The notes below the pieces were generated by a model. It worked only from the letters and a program-made list of their open reading frames with translations, was not told the DNA's origin and made no database searches. Both the position numbers and the translations under genes were made by a program. From contig JBLRXG010000001.1 of the NCBI GenBank assembly GCA_047920855.1, forward strand, positions 1 through 46,054: a stretch of DNA of 46,054 nt, given 5' to 3'. Of this stretch, positions 36,137 to 45,161 are shown piece by piece. This DNA comes from Dehalococcoidia bacterium. GTDB taxonomy: Bacteria > Chloroflexota > Dehalococcoidia > GIF9 > AB-539-J10. How positions within the stretch are numbered: the stretch's first letter is position 1; each line of letters starts with the position of its first letter.

Positions 36137-36210
36137 CCGCCGGTTGCGCTGCTCCGGAGTACATCCCTACGGATGGGGAGAGGACCACGATCAGGGCAGG
36201 CATGTTCACA

Positions 36211-36834
36211 TCACCATGCCTTGATATGTCTGGCTATGCTGCATAGCGCTTCGAACGCCTCGGCAGAAGGCAGCGAATAGTCAGTCTTTATTCGCACGTA
36301 TCCGTGCTTTGGCTCGGGGATGATCCCGATATTGCCCGTAACCACCTTACCATCGGCTTTCAGCAGCCTGTCGGCAAGACTATAGTCGAAGTTCAGCGTC
36401 TGTGCCAGCGAAACGTCTCCCTTCCACTGAATTCCCATTACCCTGCCCCAGATGAGCGGACTCCTCCTTTTCGTCAGCCTGGTTCTCTTGAGCATCCGGG
36501 CCGCGCTGATGTTCGGCGCCTTGACCAGATAGTTTATGAAATACGTTGTGCCGTACTGAGTAGACGTGCTGATCACGGTTGCCGAATCTATGCTCCTGTC
36601 CTCGAAGACAGCTACTCCCTCAGCCTTCTGGCCTGAGGCGCTCCCCAGCCCTATTCTTCCTCTGGCATCGTCATGTTCAGCCTGGGAGACCTGCACCCCA
36701 ACACCCCAGAAGTGCTGAAAGAGCTCATGTAGCTTAGATCCCTCCGCTTTCTTCCTCTTCCGCAATATCAGAGGCAGGGCCACGCCGATAAGGAGCGCTA
36801 TTAGAGGGCCGATGATGCCGGGCCAGCCTTCCAT
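36211..36834 (-). CDS. membrane-anchored hypothetical protein (one N-terminal TM)
   Basis: 207 aa with TM segment GIIGPLIALLIGVALPLIL followed by RKRKK. Starts 4 nt after the purC stop. No family recognised. Confidence 0.55.
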   Translation of the reverse strand: MEGWPGIIGPLIALLIGVALPLILRKRKKAEGSKLHELFQHFWGVGVQVSQAEHDDARGRIGLGSASGQKAEGVAVFEDRSIDSATVISTSTQYGTTYFINYLVKAPNISAARMLKRTRLTKRRSPLIWGRVMGIQWKGDVSLAQTLNFDYSLADRLLKADGKVVTGNIGIIPEPKHGYVRIKTDYSLPSAEAFEALCSIARHIKAW

Positions 36835-36838
36835 TATC

Positions 36839-37774
36839 TCAGCCTGCCGGGACAGACCCTGTCAGCCTGCGGTACACGTCCCGGTACTTGCTAGACGTCT
36901 GGTCGATCACTTCCTGCGGCAGCATTGGCGCAGGCGGCTTCCTATCCCATCCTGAGCTTGCGAGCCAATCGCGAACCGGCTGCTTGTCAAAGCTGGGCTG
37001 GGACCGCCCGACCTCGTACTGGCTCGCCTCCCAGAAGCGACTGGAGTCCGGCGTCAGCAGTTCGTCGATGAGAGACAGCCGGCCATCGATGAAGCCGAAC
37101 TCGAACTTGGTGTCTGCGATGATTATGCCCCTCTCCCTGGCGTAGTCCCGAGCATATCGGTACACGAGCATGCTCTTCTCCTCGACTTCCCCGAGTGTGC
37201 TCTCGACGCCGAGCTCCCTTATGTCCCGATCGGTCATAAGACGGTCATGCTCGGTATCGCTCTTGGTCGTCGGGGTGAAGATGGGTTCGGGAAACTCTTC
37301 GCTTTCCTTCATCCCCGAAGGCAGGCGGATCTCGCCCACCCTGCCCGTTGCCGTGTACTCCTCCCATGCCGAGCCGGACAGGTAGCCCCTGACCACGGAT
37401 TCGACAGGAACACGCTCGGCCTTTGCCACCAGCATGGAGCGTCCGACCAGATAACCGGGTAACTCCCACTCCCTACCCGTTAGGTCTTGAGCTGCCTTCT
37501 GAATGGGGCCTTCGATGTCCGCTTGATCCACCACCTTCATCATGTGATTGGACACGATATGGCTGGTCTTCTCAAACCAGAATGCGGCAAGCCCGGTCAG
37601 GACCTCACCTTTGCCCGGAATGCCGCAGGGAAGAACCACGTCGAAGGCGGAGATGCGATCGGTGGAGACGATAAGCAGCCGGTCGCCCAGGTCGTAGACA
37701 TCTCTCACCTTGCCGCGTCGGAAGACGGGCAGAGGAAGGTCTGCCTTCATCAGGACTTCCGGATCACGACTCAT
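36839..37774 (-). CDS. purC: phosphoribosylaminoimidazole-succinocarboxamide (SAICAR) synthase
   Basis: RRGKVRDVYDLGDRLLIVSTDRISAFDVVL .. IIADTKFEFG. Confidence 0.9.
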   Translation of the reverse strand: MSRDPEVLMKADLPLPVFRRGKVRDVYDLGDRLLIVSTDRISAFDVVLPCGIPGKGEVLTGLAAFWFEKTSHIVSNHMMKVVDQADIEGPIQKAAQDLTGREWELPGYLVGRSMLVAKAERVPVESVVRGYLSGSAWEEYTATGRVGEIRLPSGMKESEEFPEPIFTPTTKSDTEHDRLMTDRDIRELGVESTLGEVEEKSMLVYRYARDYARERGIIIADTKFEFGFIDGRLSLIDELLTPDSSRFWEASQYEVGRSQPSFDKQPVRDWLASSGWDRKPPAPMLPQEVIDQTSSKYRDVYRRLTGSVPAG

Positions 37775-37865
37775 GGTTACCTCCTGTAGCGCTGTACTGT
37801 CGGCGGCAGTCGAGTTGGCTCATACACTCAGACACTGCTGTACCGTCCGACTGCCCGTAGACCGG

Positions 37866-39320
37866 TCACCCCGGCTCGATACCGCAGAGACGCTTTGCAC
37901 TGGCCTTCATCCCCTCGACATCCGTCTGCCTGGCGATCATGATCCTCTGTGCCATCGGCGAGCCGGCACCATGCATAGATTCCGCCAAGTAGCACGCCGC
38001 CCCCGCCCCCATCGTTAGATTCTCAATCAGCCTAAGTATGCGGATGCGGTCCTCGACATCAACTCCATCAACCCCCTTCATGTACCTGGCGACATGCTTG
38101 CCTATGTCAGGATGTCTGAGGTCCTTCTCCGAGGGCATCGTCGCTATGATACCGCCAGCGATGTCCTGTGCCAGCCTGGCTATGTCGTAGGGAAACCGGG
38201 TCACGTTCAGCTTGGACACGTTGGCCCGTAAGGCATCGACGAAGAACGTCCCCGAAGGTTGCCTCCTCCCCTCGTAGGCACAGGCAAGGCTGCACGACAT
38301 CATGGTCTCGTTGAGGTGGATCATGTCGACGATCTTCTCCCTTATGTGGGAGGCCTTCGCCGTCCCCTGATACTCGGCAATCAGTTGACTGGCCCCGATC
38401 AAAACATCGCCCATGCCCGACTTACAGGCATAACTCTGGCGGTGATAGGCGGCGAATTTCTCCACCAGATCGCCGGCGAACTCATGCTCCCTGTACATGA
38501 AAACCCGATCCCAGGGAACGAACACATCGTCGAAGACCACCATACACTCCTGCCCGCCGTAGAGGACGTTACCGATATCCAGGCCGGGGCTCTCTATCTT
38601 CCTTGTGTCGCACGGCTGCCTGCCATAGATGTATATGATGCCTTCAGCATCGCCGGGCAGAGCGAAGGAGATGGCGTAGTCCCTGTCCTCTTCGCGCATG
38701 GCCCTGGTCGGCATGCAGACGACCTCGTGGGAGTTCACCGCTCCAGTCTGGTGCATCTTGCATCCGCGAACGACGATCCCGCCCGGCTTCTCACCGACCA
38801 CGTGAAGATACTGGTCGGGATCGGCCTGATCGGCGGGGTGGCGGCTCCTATCACCCTTGGAATCAGTCATGGCGCCATTGCAGACCAGATCTTCATCCTG
38901 CACATATCTCAAGTACTCCAGGAAACGCTTGTTGTACCCGGTGCCGTACTTATTGTCGATGTCGTAGGTGACCATAGACAGGGCATTCAGGGCATCCATG
39001 CCGACGCAACGCTGAAAGCACGATCCCGTGTGGGCACCGAGCACTCTGCCCATCTTGGACTTGTTGACCAGGTCTTCCGTGCTCTGATGAATGTGAGTGA
39101 AACGGTTTATCCTCTTCCCGGTAAGGTGAGAGGTAGCCGTCATGAGTTCCCTGTACTGGGGATAGCTTGCCTCTTCGGCAAGCTCATACGTGGCGGCCAC
39201 GCAGTTCATGGCGGGCCTGATCATGGGATGGTTCGCATGGTCGGTGACCTTCTCTCCGAACATGAAGAGGTTGAAACGCATCCTGCGCATGCTGTCGATG
39301 TACTCTTGCGCGGTCTTCAT
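37866..39320 (-). CDS. 4-hydroxybutyryl-CoA dehydratase / vinylacetyl-CoA isomerase family (AbfD-type) enzyme
   Basis: 484 aa with the HpaB/AbfD fold. Cys101-x3-Cys105 (GSCFQRC) and His293-x5-Cys299 (HRQSYAC) fall at the positions I recall for the AbfD [4Fe-4S] ligands C99, C103, H292 and C299. Confidence 0.8.
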   Translation of the reverse strand: MKTAQEYIDSMRRMRFNLFMFGEKVTDHANHPMIRPAMNCVAATYELAEEASYPQYRELMTATSHLTGKRINRFTHIHQSTEDLVNKSKMGRVLGAHTGSCFQRCVGMDALNALSMVTYDIDNKYGTGYNKRFLEYLRYVQDEDLVCNGAMTDSKGDRSRHPADQADPDQYLHVVGEKPGGIVVRGCKMHQTGAVNSHEVVCMPTRAMREEDRDYAISFALPGDAEGIIYIYGRQPCDTRKIESPGLDIGNVLYGGQECMVVFDDVFVPWDRVFMYREHEFAGDLVEKFAAYHRQSYACKSGMGDVLIGASQLIAEYQGTAKASHIREKIVDMIHLNETMMSCSLACAYEGRRQPSGTFFVDALRANVSKLNVTRFPYDIARLAQDIAGGIIATMPSEKDLRHPDIGKHVARYMKGVDGVDVEDRIRILRLIENLTMGAGAACYLAESMHGAGSPMAQRIMIARQTDVEGMKASAKRLCGIEPG

Positions 39321-39343
39321 CGTTCCTTGTCCTGTACTCCGGC

Positions 39344-40636
39344 TCAGGACAGCCCCAGCCGTTCGAAGACGGTGTCGACATGCCTCAGATAGTAATCGTA
39401 GTCGAACAGAGACTTCAGTTCATCACCCTTCAGCCTGTCTGTCACCCGTTTATCAGCCTGGAGCAGAGACAGGAAGCTCTTCGCACCCTGCCACGCCTCC
39501 ATGGCGTTGTCCTGCACGATCTTATAGGCTTCTTCCCGCGTTAGCCCCCTGTCTATAAGAGCCAGGAGGACCCTCTGAGAGAAGAACAGTCCCCGGGTGA
39601 GTTCGATGTTCCGGCGCATGTTCTCCGGGTATACCCTCAGCCCCTTGATCACCGGGGTGAATATCGAGAACATGTAGTCCAGCGCAAGGCAGGAGTCGGG
39701 CAGTATGATGCGCTCTGCGGAGGAGTGGCTGATGTCGCGCTCATGCCACAGGGCGATGTTCTCCATGGAGACCAGGGCATTGCCTCGCACTATACGGGCC
39801 AGCCCGCACACGCGCTCGGAAAGCTCGGGGTTTCTCTTGTGAGGCATCGCCGAGGAGCCGGTCTGTCCCTCGCCGAAAGGCTCTTCGGCTTCGCGTACCT
39901 CGGTTCTCTGCAGGCCCCTGATCTCGGTGGCGAATTTCTCCAGCGAACTGGCGATGATGGCCAGGGTGGTCACGAACTGCGCATGGCGATCGCGCTGGAC
40001 TATCTGATTCGACACCGGCTCGGGAACCAGCCCCAGCCTGGCACAGGATATCTCCTCGACCCGCGGCGGCACCGTTGCGTAGGTCCCGACTGCCCCCGAT
40101 ATCTTCCCTACCGCAACCGCCTTCCTCGCCCCGGCCAGCCTCCGGGCATTCCGCTCCATCTCCTCTTTCCACAGCGCCATCTTCAGACCGAGCGTAGTGG
40201 GCTCGGCATGAACACCATGGGTACGTCCCATCATGATCGTGTGCTTGTGCTCGATGGCTTTCTCCTTTAGGACCGACACGAATTCGGCCACGTCTTCGGC
40301 GAGGATGTCGGCAGCCTCGGTCAACTGGATACCGAGGGCGGTATCCCACACATCTGAAGAGGTGAGCCCCAGATGCACGAAACGCGACTCCTCACCCAGG
40401 CTCTCAGCCACCGAACTGAGGAAGGCGGTCACGTCATGACGGGTGACCTCGAGGAACGCGGCGATGCGCTCCAGGTCATAGCTCGCCTTTCTTATCTTAG
40501 CGACGGCCTCCGCAGGGATCTCCCCCAGCTCGGCCCAGGCTTCACAGACGGCTATCTCAACCTTCAGCCAGTGGTCGAACTTGTTCTCATCAGACCAGAC
40601 CCTCTTCATCCGGGGCCTGGAGTATCTATCGATCAT
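39344..40636 (-). CDS. purB: adenylosuccinate lyase
   Basis: MIDRYSRPRM..W, signature GSSAMPHKRNP, 430 aa. Confidence 0.92.
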   Translation of the reverse strand: MIDRYSRPRMKRVWSDENKFDHWLKVEIAVCEAWAELGEIPAEAVAKIRKASYDLERIAAFLEVTRHDVTAFLSSVAESLGEESRFVHLGLTSSDVWDTALGIQLTEAADILAEDVAEFVSVLKEKAIEHKHTIMMGRTHGVHAEPTTLGLKMALWKEEMERNARRLAGARKAVAVGKISGAVGTYATVPPRVEEISCARLGLVPEPVSNQIVQRDRHAQFVTTLAIIASSLEKFATEIRGLQRTEVREAEEPFGEGQTGSSAMPHKRNPELSERVCGLARIVRGNALVSMENIALWHERDISHSSAERIILPDSCLALDYMFSIFTPVIKGLRVYPENMRRNIELTRGLFFSQRVLLALIDRGLTREEAYKIVQDNAMEAWQGAKSFLSLLQADKRVTDRLKGDELKSLFDYDYYLRHVDTVFERLGLS

Positions 40637-40638
40637 GC

Positions 40639-41097
40639 TTATCCTTTGGCCAGTTCCTCTTTGTGCTTGCGGAAGGCTTCTCTTATCTCCCTGTTCTCAA
40701 GTCCCAGAATCTGGGCGGCCAGCAGGGCCGCGTTCTTGGCCCCGCTTGCTCCGATACCCGTACAGGCTACCGGGATTCCGCCCGGCATCTGGGCTATTGA
40801 GAGCAGGGCATCCACGCCCTTTAGTTCACTCGTGGGCAAGGGCACGCCGATCACGGGCAGGGTTGTCCAGCTGGCCAGCACACCGGGAAGATGGGCGGCA
40901 TAGCCAGCTCCGGCGATGAGCACCTTCAGTCCTTTCCCCTCCGCCTCCAGACCGTACTCCCTCGCCCTGTCGGGGTTTCTGTGGGCCGAGATAACAGAGA
41001 ACTCGTGCTCGATTCCCAGCTCCTTGAGCATGTCCAGAGCCGGCTGTATCAACTCGGTGTCCCTCTTGCTGCCTATTACTACACCTACCAATGCCAT
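40639..41097 (-). CDS. purE: 5-(carboxyamino)imidazole ribonucleotide mutase
   Basis: VGVVIGSKRD .. VISAHRNPD .. AGAGYAAHLPGV .. LPVIGVP .. LLSIAQMPGGIPV. Confidence 0.9.
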   Translation of the reverse strand: MALVGVVIGSKRDTELIQPALDMLKELGIEHEFSVISAHRNPDRAREYGLEAEGKGLKVLIAGAGYAAHLPGVLASWTTLPVIGVPLPTSELKGVDALLSIAQMPGGIPVACTGIGASGAKNAALLAAQILGLENREIREAFRKHKEELAKG

Positions 41098-41175
41098 TCT
41101 TTCGTAACTCCTTACTATTGTGTTCGGCGCCCGCCGGATGCCGAGTTCTCAACCACCGGCCGCACTCCGCCGCGC

Positions 41176-42459
41176 TCAGCGGCTAGAGTTTATACCACCT
41201 ATCTCTCTCAAGGCAATGTCCTTGCGATAGTAGCAGCCCTCAAAGGATATGCGGGATATGTTGTCATAGACCCTGCCCCGGGCTTCAGCTATGCTCTTGC
41301 CTGTGGCCGCCACTGTGATCACACGCCCACCATCGGTACGGACCGTACCGTCACTTGCCAGCCTGGTACCGGCGTGGAAGACGAGCACATCCTTATCGAC
41401 GCTATCCAATCCCTGTATGGGAAGCCCCGTCTGATAGCTGCCGGGATAGCCTCCGGAGGCCATCACCACCCCGACGCAGGCCATGGGACTCCACTCTATG
41501 TTCACTTGTTCCAGCCTGCCTTCTGCCACCGCCATGAGCACATCGACCAGGTCGGTCCTCAAGAGAGGCAGGACCACCTGGGTCTCGGGATCGCCAAAGC
41601 GGGCGTTGAACTCCAGGACCCATGGCTCACCGTCGCTTATCATCAGGCCGGCATAGAGCGCCCCCCTGTATGCTACACCTTCCGCAGCCAGGGCCCTGAC
41701 CGCGGACAGGAGAACGTCCCCCGTCACCTTCTCCGTCATTCCCCTGGAGAAGAAGCCCGGAGGGCTGTAGCTTCCCATACCGCCCGTGTTAGGACCGACG
41801 TCGTTGTCCCCGATCTTCTTGTAGTCGCACGCCGGCACCATCGGCGACACCGTTTTGCCGTCGGAAAAAGCGATCAGGCTCACCTCGCGACCCTCGAGGA
41901 ACTCATCTATCACCACCCTGTCCCCGGCGGCACCGAAGGCCTTCTCCTCCATCATATACGCCAGGGCCCTGTCGGCCTCCTCAAGAGAACCGGCTATGAT
42001 AACGCCTTTGCCCGCCGCCAGTCCGTCGGCCGCGATCACAATGGGCATCTTCTGCTCTCGCAGGTACTCGCGGGCCTTCTGGTAGGACGAGAAGACGGCG
42101 CCCCTGGGGCAGGGAATGCCGTGTTTCTCCATCAGTTCCCGGGCGAAGCCCTTGCTCGATTCTATGCGGGCAGCCGCCCTGGTGGGGCCGAAGGCCGGGA
42201 CACCCAGCGCATCAAGGTGATCCACTATGCCGGCTGCCAGCGGGGCCTCGGGACCGACCACCACAAGGTCGATGGCCCGTTCTAGGGCTGCCTTGCCCAG
42301 GCTTTCGATATCGGTCGGGAGCAGATCCAGGTTCTCGGCTATCGACGCCGTGCCCGCGTTTCCCGGGGCGACGAAGACCTTCTCCACCCTGGGACTCTGG
42401 ACGATCTTCCAGACCAGGGTGTGTTCCCTGCTTCCGTTACCGATGACCAGTATCTTCAA
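41176..42459 (-). CDS. purD: phosphoribosylamine-glycine ligase
   Basis: MKILVIGNGSREHTLVWKI, ATP-grasp fold. TTG start preceded by GGTGGTGAG. Confidence 0.92.
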   Translation of the reverse strand: MKILVIGNGSREHTLVWKIVQSPRVEKVFVAPGNAGTASIAENLDLLPTDIESLGKAALERAIDLVVVGPEAPLAAGIVDHLDALGVPAFGPTRAAARIESSKGFARELMEKHGIPCPRGAVFSSYQKAREYLREQKMPIVIAADGLAAGKGVIIAGSLEEADRALAYMMEEKAFGAAGDRVVIDEFLEGREVSLIAFSDGKTVSPMVPACDYKKIGDNDVGPNTGGMGSYSPPGFFSRGMTEKVTGDVLLSAVRALAAEGVAYRGALYAGLMISDGEPWVLEFNARFGDPETQVVLPLLRTDLVDVLMAVAEGRLEQVNIEWSPMACVGVVMASGGYPGSYQTGLPIQGLDSVDKDVLVFHAGTRLASDGTVRTDGGRVITVAATGKSIAEARGRVYDNISRISFEGCYYRKDIALREIGGINSSR

Positions 42460-42537
42460 GTCTCACCACCAATACGTGTTCGCATGCCCAACAGGCTTAA
42501 CCGCTTCAGTGCATTTGGGCCCGTTCTCCTCTTTTCA

Positions 42538-42759
42538 CTAGACGGTCACCGTCTCCATCTCCACGGGAGCAACCTCCTCAGGGACCGGTTCGCCAGCCTT
42601 CTCAAGTCCTTCGATAAACCCCTGGATGGCTTCTCTGGCCCTGACCAAAGCCTCCTCTCTCGTCCGTCCAAATGTGATGCAGCCGGAAAGCGCAGGCACC
42701 CTGACCGTATAGCCTATCTCAGGATAGTTTGGTTCCAGCACTACGGTGTATCTCGCCAT
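42538..42759 (-). CDS. hicB: HicB-family antitoxin
   Basis: MARYTVVLEP..GYTVRVPALSGCITFGRTREEAL..AREAI. Starts 4 nt after hicA. Confidence 0.75.
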   Translation of the reverse strand: MARYTVVLEPNYPEIGYTVRVPALSGCITFGRTREEALVRAREAIQGFIEGLEKAGEPVPEEVAPVEMETVTV

Positions 42760-42762
42760 GTC

Positions 42763-43002
42763 TTACCTCCTAAGAAGCTCCGTGAGTTGCTCCAGGGTCA
42801 AGTCAGCCTGTTCCAGTATACCCTTCAGAGTCTTCTGCGGGATGATGTCCCCAGCCCGGACGGGTATGGTTATCTGCTTGCCCGCGCGTTCCGGGTGCCT
42901 GTAGTAGAAATGCGAACCGCGTGAATGGTGCAGATACCACCCGGCTCGGAGCACTGCCTTCTCGAGTTGCTTGCCGGTAAGCCTCGGTGCTCTCGGGCTC
43001 AT
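42763..43002 (-). CDS. hicA: HicA-family mRNA-interferase toxin
   Basis: LTGKQLEKAVLRAGWYLHHSRGSHFYYRHPE..ITIPV..GDIIPQKTLKGIL. Confidence 0.75.
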   Translation of the reverse strand: MSPRAPRLTGKQLEKAVLRAGWYLHHSRGSHFYYRHPERAGKQITIPVRAGDIIPQKTLKGILEQADLTLEQLTELLRR

Positions 43003-43036
43003 GAATACTTCTTAACAGAGTCGCTTCACCCGGGCG

Positions 43037-43294
43037 CTACAGTATCTTCCTGAGTTTCTCCGCCTGAACAGGGTCGAGGTTCTGGATCACCTTGATAAGC
43101 TGCGCAACGTGCTCCTTCTCCTGCTCGATGATCTGCTCCACGGTAGAGGCCGCCGCTTCATCCTCCAGGTACAACAGATGCTCCTCGTACTGGTTGATGG
43201 CCTGCAACTCGTATGCCAGAACGTCGCGGAGCATCTCCAGGTCGTCCTGTATGTCCAGTTCTTCGTCGCTGATTTCTTCGTAAGAATCGCTCAT
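43037..43294 (-). CDS. EncFtn-like (two-helix, half-ferritin) protein
   Basis: 85 aa. E29-x6-Y36 and E59-x2-H62 reproduce the spacing I recall for EncFtn di-iron ligands (E32, Y39, E62, H65). Confidence 0.55.
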   Translation of the reverse strand: MSDSYEEISDEELDIQDDLEMLRDVLAYELQAINQYEEHLLYLEDEAAASTVEQIIEQEKEHVAQLIKVIQNLDPVQAEKLRKIL

Positions 43295-43356
43295 CCTTTT
43301 GCCTCCTTCTTATCTTGCTCTTCTGTGCTGGTGTCCCAGCTCGATGTCCACCGGGG

Positions 43357-45042
43357 TTATTCCCATTCTATGGTGGCCGGGGGTTTGCTGGTGATGTCAT
43401 AGACCACCCTGTTGACATTGGGCACCTCGTTGATAATGCGGTCGGATATCCTGGCCAGGAGATCGTGGGGCAGGCGCGCCCAGTCGGCCGTCATAGCATC
43501 TTCGCTGGTTATCGCTCTGACCGCCATCAGGTAGCCATAGGTCCTGTAGTCACCCATCACGCCCACGCTCCTGACATCCGTGAGGACAGCGAAGCTCTGC
43601 CATAGCTGGCGGTAGAGCTTTGCGTTCTTGATCTCGTTCATCAGAATCCAATCGGCAGCCCTGAGGATCTCCAGCCTCTCCCGGGTCACCTCCCCGATGA
43701 TGCGAATGGACAGGCCGGGCCCGGGGAACGGCTGTCGCCAGATCATGTCCTCGGGCAGTCCCAGAGCCAGACCCACGTTTCGAACCTCATCCTTGAACAG
43801 GTATCTCAAAGGCTCGATCAGCGTGAAGTTCATCTTGGCCGGCAGGCCCCCGACGTTGTGATGGCTCTTTATCTTGACGGCAGCCTTTGTCTCCGGCGAA
43901 GTGCTCTCTATGACGTCGGGATAGAGAGTTCCCTGGGCCAGGAAGTCGATCTTTCCCAGCTTGGCCGCTTCCTCCTCGAAGATGCGTATGAACTCGTTGC
44001 CCACACGCAGGCGCTTCTGCTCGGGATCTGTCACTCCCTTCAATCGTTCCAGGAACCGGTCCGTAGCGTCCACGTAGACGATATCCATCTTCAGGTTACG
44101 CTTGAACGTATTCAGCACCCTTTCCGGTTCGTCACGTCTCAGGAGTCCGTTGTTTATGAATATGCAGGTCAGCTTATTGCCGATGGCACGGTCGATCAAG
44201 GTAGCGGCCACCGCCGAATCGACGCCGCCGGAGAGGGCACACACTACTCTGCCCTGGCCCACCTTGTCCTTGATCTTGTCAACGCTATCAGAGATGAAAT
44301 TCGCTGGCGTCCAGTTACCCTTGCAGCCGCAGATCTTGAGCACGAAATTCTGGAATATGGTCTTACCGTCGGTGGTGTGCACCACCTCGGGATGGAACTG
44401 CAGGCCGTAGATGCCGGCGTCGTTGCCGATCACGGCGTAAGGCGAATTATCGCTGTACGCCAGGGCCCTGAAGCCTGGAGGCAGTTCGGTTATCTGGTCG
44501 CCGTGGCTCATCCACACCGGCATGGAAGAGGGAAGCCCATCAAACAGCGGGCAGTCCTCGTCGCTCAAGCGCAGTATGGTATGGCCGTACTCGTGCTTTG
44601 CTCCCCGGGCCACACGGCCACCCAGGTGATGGGCTACGGCCAGCATCCCGTGGCAGATGCCCATGACGGGCAGGTGGCTTTCATAGATATAGGGCAGAGG
44701 CAGAGGGGCCCCGGGGTCATAGACGCTGGCCGGTCCCCCGGACAGGATGAATCCCCGGGGGTTGAGGGGAGCTATCTTCTCCCACGGCGTATCGTAGGGC
44801 ACCAGTTCGCAGTAGACCTGGCACTCGCGGACCCGCCTGGCGATCAACATGCTGTACTGGGAGCCGAAGTCGAGCACCACTATGGTCTCGCGCTCGCCCG
44901 GAGGCAGCTTCGGTTCAGCTACGGGCTGTTCGCCATGCAGTTCCTTGGCCAGCTCAAGGTAAGTGGAGACTTCGATATCATCGCTGGTGGTGACTCTGTA
45001 GGTATCGGGCTTCTTTTCGGCGCTGGACTTGCTGCGGGGCAT
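43357..45042 (-). CDS. guaA: GMP synthase (glutamine-hydrolysing)
   Basis: GATase1 domain ([16 protein letters not shown]) plus ATP-PPase (SGGVDS) and a C-terminal dimerisation domain ending TIEWE. About 45-aa N-terminal extension. Confidence 0.92.
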   Translation of the reverse strand: MPRSKSSAEKKPDTYRVTTSDDIEVSTYLELAKELHGEQPVAEPKLPPGERETIVVLDFGSQYSMLIARRVRECQVYCELVPYDTPWEKIAPLNPRGFILSGGPASVYDPGAPLPLPYIYESHLPVMGICHGMLAVAHHLGGRVARGAKHEYGHTILRLSDEDCPLFDGLPSSMPVWMSHGDQITELPPGFRALAYSDNSPYAVIGNDAGIYGLQFHPEVVHTTDGKTIFQNFVLKICGCKGNWTPANFISDSVDKIKDKVGQGRVVCALSGGVDSAVAATLIDRAIGNKLTCIFINNGLLRRDEPERVLNTFKRNLKMDIVYVDATDRFLERLKGVTDPEQKRLRVGNEFIRIFEEEAAKLGKIDFLAQGTLYPDVIESTSPETKAAVKIKSHHNVGGLPAKMNFTLIEPLRYLFKDEVRNVGLALGLPEDMIWRQPFPGPGLSIRIIGEVTRERLEILRAADWILMNEIKNAKLYRQLWQSFAVLTDVRSVGVMGDYRTYGYLMAVRAITSEDAMTADWARLPHDLLARISDRIINEVPNVNRVVYDITSKPPATIEWE

Positions 45043-45048
45043 GGATTT

Positions 45049-45077
45049 AGCTTATCATCGTTCACGGCCATTATCAA
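45049..45077 (-). promoter_or_regulatory. candidate guaA promoter TTGATA-17-TAAGCT, 6 nt upstream of the ATG (leaderless-type)
   Basis: Read on the minus strand. No Shine-Dalgarno sequence precedes the ATG at 45042. Confidence 0.35.
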
Positions 45078-45161
45078 GCTACATTCGTTCGTCGACTACA
45101 GAAAACAGCGTCGATCACCCGATGAATGCCTGCAGGGTACGTGCTATACTGGCACCGAGAG

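Noticed and set aside
38259-39392. 377-aa plus-strand ORF
   Set aside because: It is antisense to the AbfD-like gene and the purB 3' end. The minus-strand products have clear family motifs.
40891-42285. 464-aa plus-strand ORF
   Set aside because: It is antisense to purE and purD. Shadow ORF.
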